A stretch of DNA of 64,000 nucleotides, taken from an uncultured Gemmatimonadaceae bacterium (lineage in GTDB: Bacteria > Gemmatimonadota > Gemmatimonadetes > Gemmatimonadales > Gemmatimonadaceae). The stretch lies in the NCBI GenBank assembly GCA_964537775.1, contig CAZICQ010000015.1, forward strand, positions 5,935-69,934, read 5' to 3'. Shown here one piece after another: positions 20,301-27,482 of the stretch (positions are counted from its first letter, which is position 1; each line of letters starts with the position of its first letter). The position numbers were made by a program, and so were the translations under genes. The notes beneath the pieces are model-generated. The model was not told where the DNA came from. It saw only the letters and a list, made by a program, of their open reading frames with translations, and made no database searches.

Positions 20301-20794
20301 ACGGGAAGACGCGCCGTCGCGGCACCGGCTCCGGGGGCAGCCCGGGACCCGGCGGCTGGTTCATGCCTGACGAGTACGTGTTCTCGAAGCACGCCGCCTT
20401 CTCGAAGCAGCTGATCGAGGCGGGTGGTCGAGTCGGCATCGGCAGCCACGGACAGTTCCAGGGGTTGGGATACCACTGGGAGATGTGGATGATGGCGTCC
20501 GGCGGCATGTCCAATCACGACGTGCTCAAGGCGGCAACGATCCTGGGCGCCGAAGGCATCGGGATGGGCAAGGATCTCGGCTCCCTGGAGGCGGGGAAGC
20601 TTGCCGACCTCGTGGTGCTCGACAAAAATCCTCTCGACGACATCCACAACACGAACAGCATCCGTTACGTGATGAAGAACGGACGGCTGTACGACGGCGC
20701 GACGCTGAACGAAATGTATCCGGCGAAGCGCGTGCTCCCGACGTTCGTTTGGCAGACGGGCGCGCCGTCGGCGAACACCGGGGCGATGCCGTAA
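17360..20794 (+). CDS. Secreted amidohydrolase-family protein with N-terminal TolB/WD40-like beta-propeller repeats
   Basis: 1144 aa with a signal peptide. Repeated PxxSPDGKxxAF/V propeller motifs (RFSPDGKRVAFVSDRSG, AWTPDGKYIV, AWSPDGKSVAFV, AWSPDGKRIVAV). C-terminal metal-dependent hydrolase motif GFVDTHYHPQ. Confidence 0.85.
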   Translation: MRNCSRALAGALWSFLLLVPSLGAQQPETASKPSKTKADLPLKPGRDIRFTTTKGSWISLDVSPDGQTIVFDLLGDLYTVPITGGKATRLTSGMAQDVQPRFSPDGKRVAFVSDRSGGDNIWIMSLDGRDTVQLTKGNNSLYVSPAWTPDGKYIVASKSSGLGGAAKLWMYHVDGGTGIQLVREPAQLKTLGAAVTADGRYIWYAQRQGDWSYNAIFPQYQLAVYDRQTGASTTMSSRYGSAFRPAVSHDGKWLVYGTRNETNTALRLRNMESGAEEWLAYPVQRDDQESRAPLDVLPGYAFTPDDKAVVVSYGGEIWRVPLDHSAPRKIPFTADVDIQAGPEVRFTYRVDDARTFAAHQIRDIAPSPDGTKLAFSSLDRVYVVDLPNGTPRRLTDSDANEHFPAWSPDGKSVAFVTWTDKQGGHIMRASADGRSKAQQLTKMPALFEEPAWSPDGKRIVAVVASARDLQEAYSGFFGTGQGARFAWVPANGCPSGCDLRVIAPTGNRHHPHFTADTSRIFAYGAQDGLVSFRWDGTDIKPLLKVTGPLPPQSTLDDDEPHPTDVPMLANYDLEQNPTPPPAALIVMAPHGDEALAQVGSDIYVITVPSVGGSAPTVSVATPDAAVVPVRKLTDIGGQFPVWDVARHAVHWAIGNAYVTYDLDRAKQYDDSVKLATRAMSDSARAAAAKDTTKKTGFKPVEQRITVTATRDLPQSSAVLRGARAITMKDGGPEVIENSDIVVRDNRIVGVGAQGTVPVPAGAQVIDVTGKTIVPGFVDTHYHPQWLIPNVHSEQVWQYLATLAYGTTTTRDPQTSTTDVLTYEDQVEMGRMVGPRIYSTGPGVFAAENIKSLDDARNVLKRYAQYYQTNTLKMYMTGNRQQRQWIIMAAKELGLMPTTEGGLDYKLDLTHAMDGYSGIEHALPITPLYDDVVQLFKGVGVTNSPTLIVSYGGPFGENYWFTNTNVHDDPKVRHFYPEAELDGKTRRRGTGSGGSPGPGGWFMPDEYVFSKHAAFSKQLIEAGGRVGIGSHGQFQGLGYHWEMWMMASGGMSNHDVLKAATILGAEGIGMGKDLGSLEAGKLADLVVLDKNPLDDIHNTNSIRYVMKNGRLYDGATLNEMYPAKRVLPTFVWQTGAPSANTGAMP

Positions 20795-20796
20795 GA

Positions 20797-20954
20797 GCAG
20801 TCGGGAGTCGGTAGTCGAAAGTCGAGAGTAGGAGCGTCAACAGGAAGGGCTCGGCATGAGTAACCCATATGCCGAGCCTTTACCAGTCAAACGCCGTCAC
20901 TCTCGACTGTCGACTATCGACTCCCGACTGCCGTTCTCCCGACTCTCGACTGCC
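20797..20954. repeat. Heptad-arm inverted-repeat element, copy A
   Basis: Left arm 20797-20829 is gcagtcgggagtcggtagtcgaaagtcgagagt. The reverse complement of right arm 20899-20931 is gcagtcgggagtcgatagtcgacagtcgagagt (3 mismatches in 33). Inner hairpin ggctcggcat(20848-57)/atgccgagcc(20869-78). 13-nt core ctcggcatgagta at 20850-20862. Extra heptads continue to about 20954. Confidence 0.9.
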
Positions 20955-21934
20955 TCCATCTCCGCGATCTCGCGCGTCGCGCCGAGCTCACGGAAGATCG
21001 CCAGCGCGCGCTTGGCCCATCGCGTGGCGGCGGCCGGTTCGTTCGCCGCACGCTTGACGGCCGCCAGCTCACGACTGGCCTCTGCCTCGAGCAGCTTGAC
21101 GCGATGACGGACGGCCACGTGGACGGCGTCCGTGAGGCAGCGCTCTGCCGCGGCGAGGTCCCCCCGCTCGCGAAGGGCGCGGCCCTGCCACCGCTGCGCC
21201 TCACCTCGACCACACTCGTCGCCGATCTCGGCGTAGACTGCGCTGGCGAGCTGGCATTGGTGCACGGCATCGGCGAGCGCGCGCCGGGCGATGAGCACCT
21301 CGCAGCGGTTCACGAGCACACTCGCGATGAGCGGCCGGTTGCCCTGCTCCTCGAATAACGTCAACGCGCGCCGATACGCGTCATCCGCCTCGTCCCATTC
21401 CTCACGGTCGGCGTGCAGCATGCCCAGGTTGTGTAGCGCGAGCGCCTCGCTCGCGCGGTCGCCGTGTTCGCGGAACACGGCACAGGCGCGTGAATAGCTT
21501 TGGGCCGCCGACGCCAGATCGCCTTGAATGTTCGCGAGAACGCCGAGGTTGAGCAGAAAGCGACCGCGCAGATCCGGCTCTTCCGTGAGGTCCATCGCGA
21601 CTCGGTACGACGCCTGTGCCTGCGCGTACTCACCGCGCGCGTAATGCACGGCGCCCGTGCCATTGTGCGCGCGGGCCTCGAGATCGCGGTTGCCTGCCAC
21701 GCGCGCGAGCTCGCGCGCGCGCTCGTAGTGCGTCAGAGCCGTCTCGAAGCGGCTCTGCCGCCAGGCCAGGCAGCCCAGACGAAACTGTCCTTCGGCGGCA
21801 ACGGTTGGCTCCCCCGCGTCCGCGAGCGCCTGGAACGACGCTGCCGCCGACGCGAAATCGCCACGCGCTTCCGCTGCTTCTCCCGCAGCCACCATCGCGC
21901 CGACCTGCGTCGCAACGCGCTGCTGGACCTTCAT
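20897..21934 (-). CDS. Tetratricopeptide-repeat (TPR) protein
   Basis: I prefer the ATG at 21934 (MKVQQRV) because it avoids overlap with the upstream lipoprotein gene. Multiple 34-40 aa Ala/Leu/Tyr-rich TPR-like repeats. The last 19 or so codons lie in the repeat arm. Confidence 0.7.
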   Translation of the reverse strand: MKVQQRVATQVGAMVAAGEAAEARGDFASAAASFQALADAGEPTVAAEGQFRLGCLAWRQSRFETALTHYERARELARVAGNRDLEARAHNGTGAVHYARGEYAQAQASYRVAMDLTEEPDLRGRFLLNLGVLANIQGDLASAAQSYSRACAVFREHGDRASEALALHNLGMLHADREEWDEADDAYRRALTLFEEQGNRPLIASVLVNRCEVLIARRALADAVHQCQLASAVYAEIGDECGRGEAQRWQGRALRERGDLAAAERCLTDAVHVAVRHRVKLLEAEASRELAAVKRAANEPAAATRWAKRALAIFRELGATREIAEMEAVESRENGSRESIVDSRE

Positions 21935-21965
21935 GCGGTCACTCGCGTCGGTCCGCGCCGGCGCG

Positions 21966-22511
21966 TCAGAACGCGATGGCGTAGCCTGAGAAGTGATTGA
22001 TGAGGGCAGCAATGGTGTGGCCATGTGTGTCGTAGCTTGCGTCGATACGTTCCAGAACGGTGCCGTCCTCGCCCACATACGCAACGATGGGCCTCAGCGA
22101 GCTCGGGATGCTGCAGCCATTGCTGGTGAGCACGAGGGTGACCGGGTGCTGGAAATGCAGGCCGTGCGGTTGCAGCTGCGCCAGCGCCGACGAGCCGGCA
22201 TTCATCGTCGCCGAGAGCTCCAGATGCTCGGTGAGCGCGCCGGGCGGCACGATGAGGAGATTGTCGCCGAAAACGAGAACTCCCCCTTCCGGCCCGATCT
22301 TGCCATGTGCCGAGACGCTGCGCGGCCTCGAGCAGGCGGCGAGCGACGCGCTCAATTTGCTGTTTCCCTGTCCGCGGTCCAACGATATCGCTGAGGGAGC
22401 GGAGGTGGGGGCTCGGCTGCCATCAGGCGCGGCCACGCTCTGGCATGCCCAAAGGAGCAGGGCGGCTGAGAAGGCCGAAAGCGTGGCGACCGCTCCGTTG
22501 CGGCGTCGCAT
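21966..22511 (-). CDS. Lipoprotein of unknown function
   Basis: ATG at 22511-22509 in frame with track ORF 21966..23051. Signal plus lipobox MRRRNGAVATLSAFSAALLLWAC. The longer N-terminal extension in the track overlaps the regulator gene. Confidence 0.65.
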   Translation of the reverse strand: MRRRNGAVATLSAFSAALLLWACQSVAAPDGSRAPTSAPSAISLDRGQGNSKLSASLAACSRPRSVSAHGKIGPEGGVLVFGDNLLIVPPGALTEHLELSATMNAGSSALAQLQPHGLHFQHPVTLVLTSNGCSIPSSLRPIVAYVGEDGTVLERIDASYDTHGHTIAALINHFSGYAIAF

Positions 22512-22578
22512 GCGTGTCTCTCCGCGGTGGGAATCGTGCATTGCCGTATGTGGTTGGTGTCGTTCCGTCGTCGGCCGA

Positions 22579-23403
22579 CTATAAAGCGAGGGCAGGGTGG
22601 CGGGATGCAGGACGCGCCGTAGGCGGCCGCGTGCCCGCTCCCGGACGAACATGCCGAACGAGCGCGCGTGCCACGAACACCGCTCCACCGCGCCGACGTA
22701 TCTCACTCGGCGTCGAGTGCAGGTACCGTTGACAGACGTTCCGAAAAGCGCTGCCAGAGGGAAATCCGAGGCTCGCCGCGACGCGATCCGCCGGACGATG
22801 TGGATCTTCGAGCAGGTGGGCAGCCATGATGAGCCGCCCCCACGTGAGCAGACGGCGCGGCGGAGGGAAGCCTGCCGTCGCAAGGCGTTCGGATAACGCG
22901 CGTCGCGGGAGCGCCAGCAGCTTCGACAACGCGAGTGGCGACAGGTGCTCGTGCGCGCGCGTGACCGAGAGCAACACCGCGTCCTGCACCATGTTGTCGA
23001 CACCCTCCAGCGAATGCCGGAGCACCGCCGTGAGGCTTCGTGTCTCCGCACGCTCGATGTGGGCGAGCAGAGCTCGCGGCGAGTCGTCGTGATCCGCCAC
23101 GATGAGTACGTCCACTCCCTGACGCCCGGCGTCGAACACCTCGTGGGCCCGCTCTGACGTGATCGACGAATACATGAGAATCGTCAACCGTGGCCAGCGT
23201 CGTTTGAGCTGCCGCACCCGATCGAATGCCGCGTCGCCGGTCGCGAAGAGGTCCGCGACGACTAGCCGAACCGGCCTATCCTCGCAGACGTCGCGCAGCT
23301 GCGTCCAATCCGAGCACGGCACGAGGTCGTGCCGGTCGCGTATGGCGAGCCTGATGCGTTGGAGGTGCGCTTCATTCGGCAGCAGTGTGGCGATGACGCC
23401 CAT
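22579..23403 (-). CDS. AraC-family transcriptional regulator with an N-terminal receiver-like domain
   Basis: C-terminal double HTH (LSPLALSKLLALPRRALSERL ... RVAASLGFPSGSAFRNVCQRYLHSTPSEIRR). The N-terminus has a CheY-like beta-alpha pattern (RLVVADLF...ILMYSS...VLIVADHD). Confidence 0.75.
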   Translation of the reverse strand: MGVIATLLPNEAHLQRIRLAIRDRHDLVPCSDWTQLRDVCEDRPVRLVVADLFATGDAAFDRVRQLKRRWPRLTILMYSSITSERAHEVFDAGRQGVDVLIVADHDDSPRALLAHIERAETRSLTAVLRHSLEGVDNMVQDAVLLSVTRAHEHLSPLALSKLLALPRRALSERLATAGFPPPRRLLTWGRLIMAAHLLEDPHRPADRVAASLGFPSGSAFRNVCQRYLHSTPSEIRRRGGAVFVARALVRHVRPGAGTRPPTARPASRHPALAL

Positions 23404-23546
23404 GATACTCCGACCGAGATGGCCGCATCAAATCGCGCGCAAGGACCAGCGCCGGTCCTGCAACGGCCCACGCTATCCGCACGGGACCATTACAGGCAAG
23501 TCAATAATGACCACAAGGTGACGGAGGCCGCCAGGAGTGTGACACC

Positions 23547-25265
23547 TTATTTGGCGGTCGTCGCCGCGATCGAATCGGGGCTTCGGAGATCGTTCGCCCC
23601 CCGTGCGACGCCCGTCGTGGGCTCGATCAGAATCGTATGGGCGTCACCCTGAACTCCCTCCAGCCGGACCTTGTGGCCCATCGCGCGGAGCCGCGCCACG
23701 GTCGTATCGGGAATGGCGCCCCGCTCGAAGATCGCGATGTCCGGTAGCCACTGATGATGCAGCCGGGGTGCGTCGACCGCGGCACGCACATCCATATGGA
23801 AAGCGGTGGCGTTGAGCACGACCTCCATCACAGTGTTTATGATCGTACGCCCGCCGGGCGAGCCCGTGATCATGAACAACTTGCCGTCCTTGATGACAAT
23901 GGTCGGCGTCATGGAGCTCAGCATGCGTTTCCCCGGGGCGATGAGATTCGGCCTCGTTCCGATATCCCCCGACGCATTCGTCTCGCCGGGCTTCTTGTTG
24001 AAATCGCCCATCTCGTTGTTGAGCAGAAAGCCTGCACCGCGCACGACCACGTGCGAGCCAAAACCGCCCTCGAGAGTGAATGTGTTCGCCACCGCATTGC
24101 CGGCAGCATCGACCACCGAGAAGTGCGTGGTCTCGTCGCTCTCGGCGGCGACGGACCCCGTCACGATGTCCTTGCCCAGCTGCAGGCTGCTCGACGCACG
24201 CGCGGTGTCGATCGATCGCGCCAACGCCGCTGCGTACGATTTCGACGTCAAACGGCCCACGGGAATCGTCACAAAATCCGGATCGCCGAGATAGCGCGCC
24301 CGGTCAACATACGCGCGGCGCATTGCCTCGATCATGAGATGCAACGTCTCGGGCGCATAACGATCCCGCTGGTCGATCCGGAAGCGCTCCAGGATGTTCA
24401 ACATCTCCAGCATCGCCACCCCGCCGGAGCTCGGCGGAGGCATCGTGATGAGATCGTAGCCATCGAAGCTGCCTCGCAGCGGAGCGCGAACGCGGGCTCG
24501 GTACGCCGCGAGGTCGCGTTTCGTGATCAGACCTCCGTGCGCCCGCATATCCGCGGCGATGCTGTCCGCAATCCAGCCGCTGTAGAACACGTCGGGTCCG
24601 GAGGCAATCGCTCGCAACGCTCGCCCGAGATCGAGAAGTCGCAGGGTGTCGCCCCTGCGCCAGTCACCGCCACCCGGCTTGCCGTAGGCAGCCACGGATG
24701 CGGCATACGGCGCCATTCCCCTGGAGATCTCTCGATTGAGCGACTCCGCGAGCGCAGCCGAGAGCGGGAATCCACGCTCCGCCAGCTCCACGGCCGGCAT
24801 GACGACGTCGCGCCACGGCAGCTTGCCGGACCGCGCATGCGCCGTCGCCAGGCCACGTACCGTTCCGGGCACGCCGGGCGCCAGGTACCCCGTCGCGGTG
24901 CGATCGCGCACGATGTGTCCCGCCGAGTCGAGGTACATCGTGAGCGTGGATCTGAACGGGGCACGCTCACGATAGTCGATCGTGAATGGCGGGCCGTGCG
25001 CGGGGCGGACGACCATGAACCCGCCGCCACCGATGTTTCCCGCAGCCGGATGTGTAACCGCCAGCGCGAATGCCGTCGCGACAGCCGCGTCGACCGCGTT
25101 GCCCCCCTTTCGCAGAATCGACGCGCCCACCTGCGAGGCGATGTCGGAGCTCGACACCACTAAACCTGCCCTCGTGGCGACGACGCCGGTGTCGCGCTGT
25201 GCACGCACCGGCGCAGCCGCCAGAACGAGCGCGATCAATGTCGGCGCGCGTATGGTGTGATACAT
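23547..25265 (-). CDS. ggt: Gamma-glutamyltransferase (paralog 2), secreted
   Basis: 572 aa with a signal peptide. GGNAVDAAVATAFALAV, GNIGGGGFMV, the canonical autoprocessing site ETTHFSVVDAAGNAVA, and PGGRTIINTV. Confidence 0.92.
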   Translation of the reverse strand: MYHTIRAPTLIALVLAAAPVRAQRDTGVVATRAGLVVSSSDIASQVGASILRKGGNAVDAAVATAFALAVTHPAAGNIGGGGFMVVRPAHGPPFTIDYRERAPFRSTLTMYLDSAGHIVRDRTATGYLAPGVPGTVRGLATAHARSGKLPWRDVVMPAVELAERGFPLSAALAESLNREISRGMAPYAASVAAYGKPGGGDWRRGDTLRLLDLGRALRAIASGPDVFYSGWIADSIAADMRAHGGLITKRDLAAYRARVRAPLRGSFDGYDLITMPPPSSGGVAMLEMLNILERFRIDQRDRYAPETLHLMIEAMRRAYVDRARYLGDPDFVTIPVGRLTSKSYAAALARSIDTARASSSLQLGKDIVTGSVAAESDETTHFSVVDAAGNAVANTFTLEGGFGSHVVVRGAGFLLNNEMGDFNKKPGETNASGDIGTRPNLIAPGKRMLSSMTPTIVIKDGKLFMITGSPGGRTIINTVMEVVLNATAFHMDVRAAVDAPRLHHQWLPDIAIFERGAIPDTTVARLRAMGHKVRLEGVQGDAHTILIEPTTGVARGANDLRSPDSIAATTAK

Positions 25266-25327
25266 GGTGCATTCTCCAGCCGGAAAGCCGGCGCTTCGAA
25301 GCTACTCGATGTGAGCGAGGCTTATCG

Positions 25328-27316
25328 TTAGGCCTGCGACATGGCGGTCTCCGCCGCGGCATCGCCGCTCTGCTCGTCGTCCGCCGAGCTCTCACCCGCG
25401 GCGCGATACAAGAATGCGACGCCGAGGAGAAAGGAGCCAACGAGTACGTACGCGCCGATGCGCAGGCCGGCATTCTCGAGGTCCGACGTCTGATAGACCG
25501 CCTTCAGCGCGGCGTACACGGCGATCGCCAGTCCAGCTCGACGCGCGCCCGAGCTCTGCCATCGGCGACCGGCGAGAATTGCCGTAACGCCGGCAGCGGC
25601 GGAGTAGAGTATGACGAGAAAGATCGCGATGTCCGGCGTGAAGGAACGCGACAGCTCCTCGCGACCCCACAGGAACGCCACAGCGGCGGCGCCAAACGTG
25701 AACATCGCCGGTGGCTGCATCGTCTCGGCGCGTTCAACCGGCAGCATCTGTCGCGCGTGCAGCGTCACGACCATCCATCCTGCGACCACGCACGCCATCG
25801 CCAGCGACGCGAGCGTAAAGAATGGTGCGTAGGCGTACGCCGGACGCGCGCTGAGCCGATCGAACGCCAATGCGGTCGCGAAGGCCAATCCCAGCGCCGG
25901 CGCGAGTAAGCGTAGCGGTTCCCGCGTGCGCCGCGCGAACGCACCGAAGATGCCGGCGTGAAGCGCCAGCAGCACGGCGTCGAGCGTCATGCGCATGTCG
26001 GCACCGACCGGCACGGATTCCGATGCTGCGACGACGGCGTAACCGCTCGCCAGCGCGCCTACGAACAGATGCGCGTCCCGGAGCTCTCTGGAATCGCTCG
26101 CCGCCACCAGGGCGGCCGCGCTCCACGCCGCTGCGAGTCCCGCGTGAGCGAGTGTGAACCCCCATTCGGGCGTGGCGACAGCAACGGCGAGAAAGGCGAG
26201 TGGCGCGCCGAGCGCTGTCACGAGCCATTGGCTCCGAGTCGCGCCCTGGCGCAGCTGAGCGAGGTACACGACGAACGTGCCGGATGCAGCCAGGAGAATG
26301 ACGTCTCCGGAGTGCTCGGGCCGAAACGATCGAATGATCAGCGCTCCAACACCTACCCACACGTACGTGCGCATGAGGCTCGGCCAGAGTGGCAGCGGGC
26401 CTATGACGAGCGCAGTGAGCGCGCAGAGGATCGCGAACGCTGTCGGTGCATCGCGCATGGTTCTGGAGGCGCCGCCCCAGTCGCCGCTCGCTGCGGCGAG
26501 CACGCAGAGCGATGCCGCCACGGTGAGCACCCGCGCCGCAACTGTCCACGAGCGACCGCGCAATCCCCAGAGCGCCAGCGTGAGTACCACCCACCCGTAG
26601 ACCAGGAGCATGACGACGTCGCCGCGTTTGTCGGCGGTGACAAAGGGCGCCAGAAAGGCGCCGCCGACGCCAAACACGAACAGCGCCTGCTCCTTGGTCC
26701 GCCACGCCAGAAACGCGAGCGCGGCCGACGCGAGCGCCGCCATCATCAGTGCCGTCAGATTCGAGATCACGTGCAGGCTCGGGCCAGCACCCCACGCATC
26801 GACATGCACCAGCGCGAGCGAAATCCCGAGCAGCGTGTTCCCGAACGGCCGCGATCCCCGCGCGCGAAGGCGCATGCCAATGCCGGCCAGGATCGCGCCA
26901 CCGACGAGACCGAGCACGACCCGCGCAACCGGTCTGAATTGGATGTGCTGCACAGCCCAGCTCACCAGGACGCCGGCGCCCATGACGAGAAGCAGGGCTC
27001 CAAGCAGGAGCGTGCCGTACCGGCCGATCAACGACTCCACATCGCTGGTGCCGCGACGATCGGGCACGCCGCTGCGCCGCCGGTCGGCATCGGCCAGAGA
27101 GGGCGCGACTGTCTGCCGAGGTGCCTGCGGCAGAACCGGCGCTCGACTACCGGCAGCTGGCGGCGGTACGCGCATCCCCGCGCGGGCGGCCAACTCGCTT
27201 CTCAGGAAGTGCACCTCGGTGCGGAGTGCGTCCACCTGCAGTCGGAGCTCGTGCATCGAAGCACGCAGCTCTTCGTTATCGTCGGACGACGGCGTTCCTC
27301 CGCTGCTCTCGGACAT
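25328..27316 (-). CDS. DUF2339-type polytopic membrane protein
   Basis: N-terminal coiled segment (ELRLQVDALRTEVHFLRSELAA) followed by more than 15 TM helices. The start is ambiguous: ATG 27316 (MSESSGG) or ATG 27451. Confidence 0.7.
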   Translation of the reverse strand: MSESSGGTPSSDDNEELRASMHELRLQVDALRTEVHFLRSELAARAGMRVPPPAAGSRAPVLPQAPRQTVAPSLADADRRRSGVPDRRGTSDVESLIGRYGTLLLGALLLVMGAGVLVSWAVQHIQFRPVARVVLGLVGGAILAGIGMRLRARGSRPFGNTLLGISLALVHVDAWGAGPSLHVISNLTALMMAALASAALAFLAWRTKEQALFVFGVGGAFLAPFVTADKRGDVVMLLVYGWVVLTLALWGLRGRSWTVAARVLTVAASLCVLAAASGDWGGASRTMRDAPTAFAILCALTALVIGPLPLWPSLMRTYVWVGVGALIIRSFRPEHSGDVILLAASGTFVVYLAQLRQGATRSQWLVTALGAPLAFLAVAVATPEWGFTLAHAGLAAAWSAAALVAASDSRELRDAHLFVGALASGYAVVAASESVPVGADMRMTLDAVLLALHAGIFGAFARRTREPLRLLAPALGLAFATALAFDRLSARPAYAYAPFFTLASLAMACVVAGWMVVTLHARQMLPVERAETMQPPAMFTFGAAAVAFLWGREELSRSFTPDIAIFLVILYSAAAGVTAILAGRRWQSSGARRAGLAIAVYAALKAVYQTSDLENAGLRIGAYVLVGSFLLGVAFLYRAAGESSADDEQSGDAAAETAMSQA

Positions 27317-27482
27317 GCCGACCAAGGTAAGTCGCGCACTGAATGCCGCAATGACTCGGCCCATTCCGCGCGCGTGCGCCGGACGCAATCTTAAAGCTGG
27401 CCCGTCCTGGTATTTCCCTGTCGCACTCCGCCGTGCGGACGCACACTCCATCCACGCTCTTCTTCACACGCCCGAGATATCC

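Noticed and set aside
20856-21107. ORF starting at the ATG inside the conserved repeat core (ctcggcATGagta); a 22-codon counterpart occurs in element B
   Set aside because: The two translations diverge immediately after Met-Ser. Copy B has no SD. The ORF in copy A is antisense to the TPR gene. The ATG is more likely part of a conserved structural or binding core than a start codon.
21966-23051. Long N-terminal extensions offered by the ORF track: 21966..23051(-), 26610..29750(+), 42762..44933(+), 2811..4097(+), 15325..16617(+), 52988..54046(+) and 802..2202(+)
   Set aside because: The extensions overlap neighbouring genes on the same or opposite strand and are Arg/Pro-rich. Internal starts coincide with signal peptides, SD sequences or family-typical N-termini.
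23404-23546. Hairpin AGGACC-N6-GGTCCT and a TTGACT hexamer between ggt paralog 2 and the AraC-type gene, considered as a terminator/promoter pair
   Set aside because: The stem is only 6 bp, the U-tract is weak, and no -10 lies at proper spacing from TTGACT. This is insufficient support.
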